Made by a program: the position numbers and the translations under genes. From NCBI GenBank assembly GCA_045546555.1, contig JAZQCY010000092.1:1-55114 (forward strand): a stretch of DNA of 55,114 nucleotides. The letters are read 5' to 3'. This document shows, in pieces, positions 1 to 8,630 of this stretch. This DNA is from Acutalibacteraceae bacterium. Its GTDB lineage: Bacteria; Bacillota; Clostridia; Oscillospirales; Acutalibacteraceae. A model generated the notes under the pieces. It was not told the DNA's origin, ran no database searches, and worked only from the letters and a program-made list of their open reading frames with translations. Every line of letters starts with the position of its first letter. Positions within the stretch are counted from its first letter, which is position 1.

Positions 1-1323
1 TGCACCCCTGTCTGCGGCGGTGACCAGACCGTCGGGTGTGTTTTTGAAGCCACATATCGACAGCGGATGAGGGTTGGGTGTTTCAAGATTATAGTGGGCT
101 TCGGCACGCGGGAACGGCACCGAAAGACAGACCCTTGAATCACAGTTTTTCTTGTGAATGCGGCCCAAACCGCTTGCGTCATAGTGGGTATCGGCGTGGC
201 AGTCGATCTCTATGAAATATCCTCCCGCATTCATAAACGCCTTGTGAAAATCTTCACTTGTTTGGGCAATAAAACCTCCGATATCGGTAACTGCCGTGGT
301 CGGTGTTATGCTGTCATCAGCCACAAGATAGGCAAGATAGGCGTTGGATGCCACCGTTATCATATACTTGTTGAAATAGGCATAGTCTTCGCAACCCAAC
401 CTCAAATCGGGGTCAAAGCGGTTTTTAATGTGACTCATTGGCTTCTGTTCAAGCCACCAAAGTGCCGCCTTTTGTGCTTTTTCGGCCGCCGCCTTAAACT
501 TTTTGGCTTTTTCAACCTCACCCTTTTTGTTGAGAAGTGAGGTGCGTAATTCTAAATAACTTGCCAAAACCGTTTCGTTGAAAACGGTTTGGTTGCTTCT
601 TCCGCCATATGGCAGCTCTCCCGTAACCGACTGCATTTTAAGGGTGAGCTCATCGGAGGCTTCCATCATTTTTTCAATCTCGGGCGCATATTTACCGTTG
701 TATCCGAAGTGTAACGATAGCCCTAACAGCACTCTTGTCATCATATCGTAGACCATCGGCTGATGCGGTCCTGTAACGCTTCCGTCACGGTACATTCCGT
801 TTTTGTCAAGACGAAGCAGCTGGGACGGTAGCTGATGCTCCAAAAACGGTGTGGGGTCGGTGCCGCACAAAAGACCTCTTGCCTGCTCGCTCAAAACGCC
901 AAAATACGCCCAGTTGTTGGGATGCTTAACGTCCTCTGACACAATATGGGTATAGGTCGTCGGAATATCCAGTGCCTTTAATTTTTCTTTCCAAGCCTTT
1001 AACTGCTCACGGTCTATAATATCGGTTTTTTGGAGTTCAATCAAGGCATGACAGACCTCACGGACGGCAAAATTGTTGCCGCCCTTTGATTTATTTTGCG
1101 GATGGGCAAAACCTTCCATACAAAGGTCGATGATCTCAATAAACTCTGCTTTAAGCTCAAGACGCCTGCCGTGCGCCATCAAAATTCCGATATTGGCACC
1201 AAGCCTTGGGAAGCCGTGCTCGGTAAGGCCATCACGGTGCACCTCGTCAATATAATCCCTTATACGCTCATAAGTATAGGCGGAAAGTGCCTTTTCCATT
1301 ATATCAAGGTATATTTCTTTCAT
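1..1323 (-). CDS. Hypothetical protein, partial (C-terminus beyond window edge); last gene of the redox operon
   Basis: ATG at 1321-1323 (MKEIYLDIMEKALSAYTYERIRDYIDEVHRDGL...). An AGGTGA RBS overlaps the stop (TAG at 1332-1334) of the preceding gene. The frame stays open for 441 codons to base 1, and it is missing from the ORF track only because no stop lies in the window. Helix-rich, with no motif I can name. Confidence 0.6.
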   Translation of the reverse strand, partial: MKEIYLDIMEKALSAYTYERIRDYIDEVHRDGLTEHGFPRLGANIGILMAHGRRLELKAEFIEIIDLCMEGFAHPQNKSKGGNNFAVREVCHALIELQKTDIIDREQLKAWKEKLKALDIPTTYTHIVSEDVKHPNNWAYFGVLSEQARGLLCGTDPTPFLEHQLPSQLLRLDKNGMYRDGSVTGPHQPMVYDMMTRVLLGLSLHFGYNGKYAPEIEKMMEASDELTLKMQSVTGELPYGGRSNQTVFNETVLASYLELRTSLLNKKGEVEKAKKFKAAAEKAQKAALWWLEQKPMSHIKNRFDPDLRLGCEDYAYFNKYMITVASNAYLAYLVADDSITPTTAVTDIGGFIAQTSEDFHKAFMNAGGYFIEIDCHADTHYDASGLGRIHKKNCDSRVCLSVPFPRAEAHYNLETPNPHPLSICGFKNTPDGLVTAADRGA

Positions 1324-1331
1324 CAAATCAC

Positions 1332-3047
1332 CTAAAAAATATTTTTATTTTCTCTGAAAGTACGCCAAACATTTTCAAAAAAGTCATCCTCGTGCGGTAT
1401 GGGGCGGACGGGTCTGACGGTTGCTTCAAAAACGTTTTCGGTGAGGGTGACCTCCTGAACCTTTTCAGGGTCGGTGTTGGGTTCTGCCATTGCACAAAGC
1501 ACCGCACCTTGGGTCAAAAGCACTTCTTTCAAGCGAAAATCGTTGGCCGTTTTTAACTCATTCAAGGTGATTTTAAGCATGGTTTTGAGCTTCTCGAGGT
1601 CACGCACGGCGGCCGCATTGTCGCTCATCCGACGCTGTGCTGAGTTTATGCGTTCCTCTGCATCGTCCGAAAACGTTATTTCAACCTTATCAGCAAGTTC
1701 ATAAAACAGCTTTTCATCAACAAGCTCATTGGGGTGCTCCGAAATATACTGTGCCGCCCTTAAAGAGCCCACCTGTCCTGCATTAAGTGCCGAGCCGCCC
1801 GGTCGGGCGATGCCGTGGGTGCCTGCACACTCGCCCACAGCAAAAAGTCCTTTTATCGAGGTCTGCCACCACATATCTACCGCAATTCCGCCGTTGTTGT
1901 GCTGTGCACAAAGAGCAATGGGCAGATATTCACTATAAAGGTCAACACCTTTTGATTTATAAAGCTCAATGGCAGGTGCGTTCATTTTCTGCAGGCGCTC
2001 AATGGGCGTTCCAAAGGTTGCACCTGCTTTGTTCAAATATTCAAATGCCTCATTCGAGAGTTTATTGAAATTGATCGGGAAGGGATTTTTAGTAAAATCA
2101 AGATAGACCCTTCTGCCCCTTTCAACGCACTCACGGTAGACCAGCATATCGATCTGCGATGAGCCGTTTTCGGCTTTTTTGGGGTCAAACGGCCATTGAT
2201 AGCCTTTAAGAAAAACGAAAGAAAGTCCTTCGTATTTGTCGGTAAAATAATCCCATAAAAAGTCGTGCTCATTGCCGTTTTCGTCAACCGATACAAACCT
2301 CGGCAACACCTGCATATAGGTGCCCGACACGTTCCAACGGGGCTTTGTGGATGCAAGTCCGTACTGCCAAAGGGCAAGGTTCTGCAGCTTTGCGCCTGTC
2401 TCAATGGCAAGACCCGTGGAGCCGTGATGACACTCGGGGTAAACGCTGTCGGCATAAATCCCTGCAGGGCCACCCGTTGCCATTATTATATCACGGCAAC
2501 GAAAAGCGACCGTTTCACCTTGGCTTTGGCAAAGCAGTCCGCATATCTTGTCATTGTGTTTTAACAGTTTTACGGCGGTATGCCCGTCAAAAACCTTGAT
2601 GTTAAGCGCTTCGGCTTTGTTTTGCAAGGCCTCGGTCATAAATTTTGAGGTCAAAGGCCCTGCCGAGGTTGCTCTCTCAAAAGGGTCGTGGTCGGTCTTG
2701 TAGCCGATATACTCACCGTAGCGGTTATGAGGAAACGGCACGCCGAGCTCGCACAGATTCAAAAAGCACCGTGCCGATAAAGCCGCTTCACAAAGCGCAT
2801 TGTCACCGTCAACACATCCGCCGTCAAACAGATTTCCCGCCATTTTGCGCACCGAATCGGGGCTGTCACCCGAAAGGCCCAGCTTATAATAGGTCTGCTT
2901 ATCCGAGCCTGTATTTCTGGAGGTGCCGCAGTTGACCCCTTCGGTAACAATGGCGACATCCACGCCAAGCTCTTTCAAACGGCAGGCGGCATTATAGCCC
3001 GCCGCACCCGTGCCGATAACAATACAGTCGTATGTGTATGTTTTCAT
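1332..3047 (-). CDS. FAD-dependent oxidoreductase, fumarate reductase / succinate dehydrogenase / L-aspartate oxidase flavoprotein-like
   Basis: The true start is the internal ATG at 3045-3047 (MKTYTYDCIVIGTGAAGYNAA, a GxGxxG dinucleotide fold), preceded by AAGGAGAT. The 39 upstream codons of the tracked ORF overlap the SDR gene. The C-terminal half carries CAQHNNGGI...FAVGECAGTHG...PGGSALN, typical of this flavoprotein family. Confidence 0.8.
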   Translation of the reverse strand: MKTYTYDCIVIGTGAAGYNAACRLKELGVDVAIVTEGVNCGTSRNTGSDKQTYYKLGLSGDSPDSVRKMAGNLFDGGCVDGDNALCEAALSARCFLNLCELGVPFPHNRYGEYIGYKTDHDPFERATSAGPLTSKFMTEALQNKAEALNIKVFDGHTAVKLLKHNDKICGLLCQSQGETVAFRCRDIIMATGGPAGIYADSVYPECHHGSTGLAIETGAKLQNLALWQYGLASTKPRWNVSGTYMQVLPRFVSVDENGNEHDFLWDYFTDKYEGLSFVFLKGYQWPFDPKKAENGSSQIDMLVYRECVERGRRVYLDFTKNPFPINFNKLSNEAFEYLNKAGATFGTPIERLQKMNAPAIELYKSKGVDLYSEYLPIALCAQHNNGGIAVDMWWQTSIKGLFAVGECAGTHGIARPGGSALNAGQVGSLRAAQYISEHPNELVDEKLFYELADKVEITFSDDAEERINSAQRRMSDNAAAVRDLEKLKTMLKITLNELKTANDFRLKEVLLTQGAVLCAMAEPNTDPEKVQEVTLTENVFEATVRPVRPIPHEDDFFENVWRTFRENKNIF

Positions 3048-3778
3048 TATAATCTCCTTATGTGGAAGCCGCCGTCTACGTCGATGGACTGTCCCGTGAC
3101 ATAAGGCAAAGAGCCATTGCAAAGCGTCCACACGGCGTTGGCGATGTCCTCGGGCTGACCCCAACGCTTGATGGGAAGCAGACCGCCGTCGATCAAAGCG
3201 TCATACTTTGCCTTAACCTTTTCGGTCATACCCGTAGCAATGATGCCGGGGCGTATTTCGTTTACCGTTATGCCGTATTCTGCAAGACGGTCGGCAAAAA
3301 GCTTGGTCACCATCGAAACTCCTGCCTTGGAAATGCAGTATTCGCCACGTGAGGTACTGCTGGTGTAGGCCGACATTGAGGAAATGTTGACTATTGCCTT
3401 ATTTGAAGGGTTATCATTCTTCATTATATTGGCGACCGCCTGAGTGAGAAACAATGTGCCCTTGGTGTTGATGTTCATAACAAAATCATAAGATTCTTCG
3501 GTCATTTCCAAAATGTCGTTGCGCACCTTGGGAGCCACGCCTGCGACATTGACCAGAATGTCGATCCGGCCGTACTTTTTCATTGCGGTGTTTATGTAAT
3601 GCTCACGGTCGGCACTCTTGCTCAGGTCACCCTGAACATAGGTGAACTCACCCTCTAAGCTTTGGGGCATTTGAGGTGCAATGTCCATACTGACAACGGC
3701 AATGCCCTCTTTCAAAAGTTTTTCGGCGGTGGCAAATCCAATACCGCCTGCAACGCCTGTAACCAATGCAGTTTTCAT
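3047..3778 (-). CDS. Short-chain dehydrogenase/reductase (SDR) family oxidoreductase
   Basis: Start at the ATG at 3776-3778 (MKTALVTGVAGGIGFATA, the TGxxxGIG motif) with GGAGGAAAATA upstream. NVAG and the S...YxxxK (YCISK) catalytic motifs are present. Its stop TAA shares base 3047 with the next start (TAATG coupling). Confidence 0.88.
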   Translation of the reverse strand: MKTALVTGVAGGIGFATAEKLLKEGIAVVSMDIAPQMPQSLEGEFTYVQGDLSKSADREHYINTAMKKYGRIDILVNVAGVAPKVRNDILEMTEESYDFVMNINTKGTLFLTQAVANIMKNDNPSNKAIVNISSMSAYTSSTSRGEYCISKAGVSMVTKLFADRLAEYGITVNEIRPGIIATGMTEKVKAKYDALIDGGLLPIKRWGQPEDIANAVWTLCNGSLPYVTGQSIDVDGGFHIRRL

Positions 3779-3779
3779 T

Positions 3780-5099
3780 TTATTTTCCTCCACACAATTC
3801 CTTATATATAGGCAGATAAACCTCTTTATCTCGGATAACACATCCGGGTGTGCCGCCGGGCTTTCGCATAATCTCGGTGCATTTTGAACAGCAGATGCAA
3901 ATTTTATTTTTATCCATACTGCCCTTTGTTAAAACATCCTTGGCAAAATCGGGATAAGCAAAAATTGTTCTGCCAAAACCGGCAAGATCAAACCTGCCCT
4001 CTTTTATGTATGCCGACACAACGTGTGGCGCCGCAACGCCCAAGAAGGATACCGCCGAGCAGATAATTGCCATTTGAGGGTTCTTTTCTTTAAGCTCGGC
4101 CGTGCCGTTAAGCACACGTGCAACACCCTTTAAGGGGTGCTCGGGCGCCTCGTAACCGCCTTGTGCGTACGGGCGGTTGACGTGAGGGTTGAAATAGGGG
4201 TTACCCATTGTGATATTAAGCAAACGCACACCGTATTTATAAAGCTCCTTTATAAGCCAATCGGGTTCTGAAAGGTCAAGCTCAAGACTGCCGTCCTTCT
4301 TCACGCCAAAGCCGTAAGGGTACTTGAAGCCGTCGTAAACGTTAAGTCGGGATGACACCAAAAAGTCCTTTGAACAGCTTTGAATTGCGCCCAAAACGCT
4401 TTCACGAAGCAATCTTGTGCGATTTTCTAAAGAACCGCCGTAGCGGCCTTCACGGTTGAATGCCGACAGAAGCTCTGAATTAAGATAACGGTGACAGCAT
4501 TTTATATCCACACCGTCGAAGCCTGCTTTTTCGGCCAGCATTGCACCCTTTACCAGCGCTTCGCCAACACGGTCAAGATACTCATCGGTCACGATTCGGT
4601 CAGACGGTATGGGAGCATCCTTTTCAAAAATGGGGTTGTTATAAGCTATAAGCGGTTGAGGGGTGCCGTTGGGCTTTGAATACCTGCCCGAATGGGTGGC
4701 CTGCATAACGATTATCGGCTCGTAACCGTTGGCTTTAAAGGCGGTTTCTTTTATTTCTTCAACCTGCCGCTTAAAATCGTCAAGATTGTTTTCGTTTATA
4801 TAAAGCTGACGGGGATTAGCTCGTGCCTCTCGCATCACGGCGGTGGCCTCAAACCATATCAGTCCTGCTCCGCCCTTGGCAAACCGTTCATATCGGCGCT
4901 TAGTGAGAGTATCGGGACTACCATGAGCCGTGCCGTCACAGCCCTCCATCGCCTGACACACAAGTCGGTTAGGCACAGTTTTACCGCATATATTAAGTGG
5001 TGTTTTTAGTATTTCGGTATTCTGCTCAAAGAGAAGACCGGTGTCAAGTTCTTTGTTTTGTTCATTAAATTCGTCAGTAGACGTATACACTTTTTGCAT
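3780..5099 (-). CDS. NADH:flavin oxidoreductase, Old Yellow Enzyme-like TIM barrel with C-terminal Cys cluster, no reductase domain
   Basis: 439 aa. The N-terminal run LNICGKTVPNRLVCQAMEG...KRRYERFAKGGAGLIWFEATAV is typical of the OYE/2,4-dienoyl-CoA reductase family. The C-terminus has CICCSKCTEIMRKPGGTPGC (C-x2-C-x2-C-x12-C). RBS AAGGAAGGG precedes the ATG at 5097-5099. Confidence 0.8.
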   Translation of the reverse strand: MQKVYTSTDEFNEQNKELDTGLLFEQNTEILKTPLNICGKTVPNRLVCQAMEGCDGTAHGSPDTLTKRRYERFAKGGAGLIWFEATAVMREARANPRQLYINENNLDDFKRQVEEIKETAFKANGYEPIIVMQATHSGRYSKPNGTPQPLIAYNNPIFEKDAPIPSDRIVTDEYLDRVGEALVKGAMLAEKAGFDGVDIKCCHRYLNSELLSAFNREGRYGGSLENRTRLLRESVLGAIQSCSKDFLVSSRLNVYDGFKYPYGFGVKKDGSLELDLSEPDWLIKELYKYGVRLLNITMGNPYFNPHVNRPYAQGGYEAPEHPLKGVARVLNGTAELKEKNPQMAIICSAVSFLGVAAPHVVSAYIKEGRFDLAGFGRTIFAYPDFAKDVLTKGSMDKNKICICCSKCTEIMRKPGGTPGCVIRDKEVYLPIYKELCGGK

Positions 5100-5179
5100 A
5101 ATAAACCCTTCCTTTTATATTATCATAATACAAAAGTCGATTGTATTCTATATAAATGTTGCTTAAATTTATGTAAATC

Positions 5180-5207
5180 TTGCAAAATTGAATTTGTATG
5201 ATATAAT
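5180..5207 (+). promoter_or_regulatory. Sigma-A type promoter of the AraC-family gene
   Basis: TTGCAA (5180-5185), a 16-nt spacer, then TGaTATAAT (extended -10; TATAAT at 5202-5207), 20 nt upstream of the start codon region. Confidence 0.5.
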
Positions 5208-5227
5208 TAAAAGCGAGGTGATAAGCC

Positions 5228-6019
5228 ATGCAAAGCATTGTAAAAACCGTTTACCGTTCATCCGGATCGTTGAATATACGACCCCATTTTCACGACTGCC
5301 ACCAAATTATATTTATCGTAAAGGGTGCGGCGGATTTTTGTGTAAATAATAAAAAGCTTAGCGCAGCTGCAGGAGACATTGCCATTTTCAGCCGTTACGA
5401 AAACCATTCGGTTTTGGGTTGCTCTGACGAATACGAGCGGTTTGTTTTGCATATTGACCCGTACGTTGCTAACCGAAAAAGCCCCGTTTATTCGCTTTTG
5501 ACCGACCGCCCGGTTGATTTTTGTAACGTTATTAATGTTTCATCAAATTTGGATGAAATCATGGATACCTTTAACCATATTTTATCAGAACACAGCGGTG
5601 AATCCAAGCTCGCAGATGAAATGGAACAGTTACTTGTAAAACGGCTGTTGATTACCATTTACAGGTGCACGTCCCTGAATTTTGATTATATCTACGATGA
5701 AGTCGTTGTGGATATAAAGCGGCAATTCGAAAACGAATCTCACAAGCATTTTACCCTTGCTATGTTGGCAAAACAGCAGTGCCTAAGCATCTCCTCTCTA
5801 TCCCATCGTTTTAGAGCGGCGACCGGTATTTCGGTTATGGAATATTTGCAATCCTGCCGTATTGCAAATGCTAAGCAGATGCTTGCCGAAACCGATTTTA
5901 GCATATGGGATATTGTTGAAAAATGCGGGTTTTCAGATAACAGTAATTTCAGCCGCACTTTCAAAAAATTAACCGGTCTGTCACCGTCAGACTTTCGCAA
6001 AAAATATAAAGCGGAGTGA
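5228..6019 (+). CDS. AraC family transcriptional regulator with N-terminal cupin sensor domain
   Basis: 263 aa. The N-terminal cupin-like segment is HFHDCHQIIFIVKGAADFCV...IFSRYENHSV. The C-terminal double HTH is FTLAMLAKQQCLSISSLSHRFRAATGISVMEYL...FSDNSNFSRTFKKLTGLSPSDFRK. It is divergent from the redox operon. Confidence 0.88.
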   Translation: MQSIVKTVYRSSGSLNIRPHFHDCHQIIFIVKGAADFCVNNKKLSAAAGDIAIFSRYENHSVLGCSDEYERFVLHIDPYVANRKSPVYSLLTDRPVDFCNVINVSSNLDEIMDTFNHILSEHSGESKLADEMEQLLVKRLLITIYRCTSLNFDYIYDEVVVDIKRQFENESHKHFTLAMLAKQQCLSISSLSHRFRAATGISVMEYLQSCRIANAKQMLAETDFSIWDIVEKCGFSDNSNFSRTFKKLTGLSPSDFRKKYKAE

Positions 6020-6036
6020 AATTCACTCCGCTTTTG
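6011..6036 (+). terminator. Rho-independent terminator after the AraC gene
   Basis: GCGGAGTGAA/TTCACTCCGC stem (6011-6031) followed by TTTT. The stop codon lies inside the stem. Confidence 0.7.
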
Positions 6037-6261
6037 CTATGTACAGGTCAAAATATGCTGTTTTTGCCAAAAAGTTGCTTCGAAATCGCCCGAAAGCTCA
6101 GTGTTTATGCGGCTTTATGGTTCTTGGTGTTATTATACCTCATTCATCGATACGGCGTACAACACCTGTCAATTGTTGCCAAGGCTGTATCCGGACGGGA
6201 TGCGGGTGTTCGGCTATTGCTTCAGGTATCGCTTTTAATGACGGTCAGAAGCAATTCTGAC

Positions 6262-6444
6262 TTATTGCTCCTCATCGGATGAAATGTCTTCCGGCTCATA
6301 TTGTTTTAGGATAATTTCATTGTTTTCGCCTATGAAAATTTCAAAGGGATCGCCATCTTCTATGGATAAAGTTGTTCTGACTTCCTTTGGAATAACTATT
6401 GAGCCATTGGGGTAGATTCTCCTTACCATTCCGGTTGATTTCAT
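6262..6444 (-). CDS. AbrB/SpoVT (swapped-hairpin) domain DNA-binding protein, 60 aa
   Basis: MKSTGMVRRIYPNGSIVIPKEVRTTLSIEDGDPFEIF matches the AbrB/MazE/SpoVT N-terminal domain pattern (G.VR..D..GR.VIP.E.R..L.I..GD). Strong RBS AAAGGAGAGG. Acidic tail. Confidence 0.75.
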   Translation of the reverse strand: MKSTGMVRRIYPNGSIVIPKEVRTTLSIEDGDPFEIFIGENNEIILKQYEPEDISSDEEQ

Positions 6445-6485
6445 GCTTACCTCTCCTTTTAGCGCAAATAAATTTGTTTTTATTT

Positions 6486-6514
6486 ATTATACTATAAATC
6501 ACCTTTACGGTCAA
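6486..6514 (-). promoter_or_regulatory. Sigma-A type promoter of the AbrB-like gene
   Basis: On the minus strand: TTGACC (6509-6514), a 17-nt spacer, then TATAAT (6486-6491). Confidence 0.5.
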
Positions 6515-6800
6515 GGTGTTCCACGATTACTCTCTCCACCGAAAAATGGATTATGAGCTGTGGGTTTACTTTTGTATTTTGCCGTGATATAACGGAAAAA
6601 CGGTTTTGGAAGCTTTGTGCAACCTGCGCCTTTTGGACAGGTGTGAGAGAATGCGACTTTCGGTCAGCGTGTTACCGTTTCGAGCTCATCTGAAAAGGGA
6701 AAATGTATGATCCCCGGAGGCGGTTGGAAAGGACATGACCGACAAGCCAACCACAGTTGCACCGATTGGCAAAAATGGCCTGTTCTTAAATAAAGTAAAA

Positions 6801-6825
6801 CAACGAGGTGAATTTCACCTCGTTG
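6801..6825. terminator. Bidirectional rho-independent terminator
   Basis: Perfect 12-bp stem CAACGAGGTGAA/TTCACCTCGTTG. T-run TTTGCTTT follows on the plus strand and TTTTACTTTATTT on the minus strand. It lies 7 nt downstream of the PAQR gene stop. Confidence 0.75.
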
Positions 6826-6831
6826 TTTGCT

Positions 6832-7509
6832 TTATATTATCCAAAACAGAATTGAGAAAAATTGCAGCAGACTGCCCAGCACCACAAAAACGTGGAAGAC
6901 CGAATGTGCGTAGTGGCGCTTTTTGCCGATAGCATAAATGACCGCACCGATGGTGTAAGCAATACCGCCCGCAAGCAGGTACATCAGCCCCATAAACGGG
7001 ATGGCCTTTAGCGCCACCTTAGCGGCAAACACAATGCCCCAGCCCATTCCGACATAGCACAGCATTGAGAATTTTGAATACTTTTTGAGGTCAATACCGT
7101 TCAAGGTCGCACCCAATACGGCAAAGCCCCACTCGACACCGAAAAGCACCCAAGCCGTGGCGGGGCTTTCCCGTCGGATGGCGGTCAGAAGTATCGGCGT
7201 GTAGGTTCCTGCAATCAGCAGATAAATGGTGCAATGGTCGACCACCTGCATAACCTTTTTGGCCATCTGAAGCTTGAAGCCAAGGCCGTGGTATACACTT
7301 GAAACGGTGTAGAGCAGTACCATTGATCCACCGTAGATTGCGCCCGCAACAACACCGAAGGCATCACCTTTAAGTGCCGATTTTATAACGCAAAGCGCCA
7401 AAACCGCAACACCCAATGCACCGCCCACAATGTGGGAGACCATGTTGAAGATCTCCTCACCACGGGTGTAGTTGGGCAAAATGCGTGCCTTTAAAGGCGT
7501 TCTTTCCAT
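6832..7509 (-). CDS. Hemolysin III / PAQR family membrane protein (TrhA-like)
   Basis: 225 aa with 7 predicted TM segments. N-terminal EEIFNMVSHIVGGALG and C-terminal HSVFHVFVVLGSLLQF His motifs are typical of the family. It starts 4 nt after the DegV stop. Confidence 0.85.
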   Translation of the reverse strand: MERTPLKARILPNYTRGEEIFNMVSHIVGGALGVAVLALCVIKSALKGDAFGVVAGAIYGGSMVLLYTVSSVYHGLGFKLQMAKKVMQVVDHCTIYLLIAGTYTPILLTAIRRESPATAWVLFGVEWGFAVLGATLNGIDLKKYSKFSMLCYVGMGWGIVFAAKVALKAIPFMGLMYLLAGGIAYTIGAVIYAIGKKRHYAHSVFHVFVVLGSLLQFFSILFWII

Positions 7510-7513
7510 TAAA

Positions 7514-8380
7514 TTACCTTACCTTTCCAAGGTAGAAGAGAGCAAGTGTTCCGGGACCGGAATGCGCACCGATAACGGGACCGGTGTAGACCGTAAGATC
7601 GGTCTTAACTCCGTAGGTCGACTCAATAATATCGGACAGCTTTTTAGCGTCCTCCTCACAGTCGCCGTGGCAGATCATAACGGGGCCCTTAGTGTTATCG
7701 AGTGCGGTCTCGCCAAACTTATCGGCCAAAGCCTTGATGGCGGCATTACGACCACGTGCGGTGGTAACCTTTACAAGGTGACCCTCATCGTCAACATGCA
7801 TAACCGGCTTGATGCCGAGCAATCCGCCTACAAAAGCAACAGCAGGGCTTACACGTCCGCCACGCTTGAGGTATACAAGGTCGTCAACCGTGAACCAATG
7901 CACAAGGTTGGGGATGGTTGCCTTGGCATACTCAGCGGCCTCCTCCAACGTTGCGCCATCGTCACGTTTTTTGGCAACAAGATAGACCAACATACCAAAG
8001 CCGGTCGATGCGGCCAAGGAATCGATAACGATGATCTTACGGTCGGGGTAAGCCTCACTCAGCTCCTCTCCTGCAAGTCGAGCCGAGTTGTAGGTGGTGC
8101 TGAGACCCGAGGAAAAGCCAAGGTACAAAATGTCCTTGCCCTCTTTAAGGGTTTCCTCAAAAACACACTTGAAGCCGTCAACGTTGACAGCCGAGGTCTT
8201 GGCAACTCCGCCCGCCCTCATTTTGTCATAAAACTCTTTGGGGTTGATCTCATCATTTTTAAGCTCCGTGTCCTCACCGTCAAACTTAAGGGTCAGGCTG
8301 ACACTCTTGACGTTGATGCTGTTAAGGTAATCAAGTCCAAGATCGCATGCCGAGTCGGTTATGATCTGATAGTTATTCAT
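7514..8380 (-). CDS. DegV family fatty-acid-binding protein
   Basis: Start at the ATG at 8378-8380 (MNNYQIITDSACDL, the canonical DegV N-terminus) behind GGAGGAAACTGCA. Downstream are SSGLSTTYNSA and GPGTLALF motifs. The tracked ORF carries 16 extra codons upstream. Confidence 0.88.
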   Translation of the reverse strand: MNNYQIITDSACDLGLDYLNSINVKSVSLTLKFDGEDTELKNDEINPKEFYDKMRAGGVAKTSAVNVDGFKCVFEETLKEGKDILYLGFSSGLSTTYNSARLAGEELSEAYPDRKIIVIDSLAASTGFGMLVYLVAKKRDDGATLEEAAEYAKATIPNLVHWFTVDDLVYLKRGGRVSPAVAFVGGLLGIKPVMHVDDEGHLVKVTTARGRNAAIKALADKFGETALDNTKGPVMICHGDCEEDAKKLSDIIESTYGVKTDLTVYTGPVIGAHSGPGTLALFYLGKVR

Positions 8381-8539
8381 TGCAGTTTCCTCCGTAGGAT
8401 TTATTATGTTATTATGATACACTAACACCCCAAATTAGTCACGCAACTGATAAGCAACCGAATTATACTGTTAAATTCTTTGCAGTAGAGTTGCATTTTA
8501 CAACATCTACCGATGGTAGAATTGGCTTAAAATAAGGGG

Positions 8540-8568
8540 TTGCAAAGCCTTTTTATTTGTGTTATAAT
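8540..8568 (+). promoter_or_regulatory. Sigma-A type promoter of the XRE-membrane regulator gene
   Basis: TTGCAA (8540-8545), a 17-nt spacer, then TATAAT (8563-8568). Confidence 0.55.
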
Positions 8569-8630
8569 GTGGCTGTAAAGCTTAGTTCTCCGCACAGTAG
8601 AGCTGTAGAATTTTGTGTAAAGAGGTCAAA

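Noticed and set aside
154-540. 128-aa plus-strand ORF near the window start
   Set aside because: It lies antisense inside the 441-codon open minus-strand frame that is translationally coupled to the redox operon. It has no RBS.
6262-6444. AbrB/MazE-fold protein as the antitoxin of a type II toxin-antitoxin pair
   Set aside because: No ORF of 60 aa or more lies on the same strand downstream (6020-6261) or immediately upstream. Only spurious plus-strand ORFs (6016-6282, 6039-6260) cover that DNA. I treat it as a stand-alone AbrB-type regulator.
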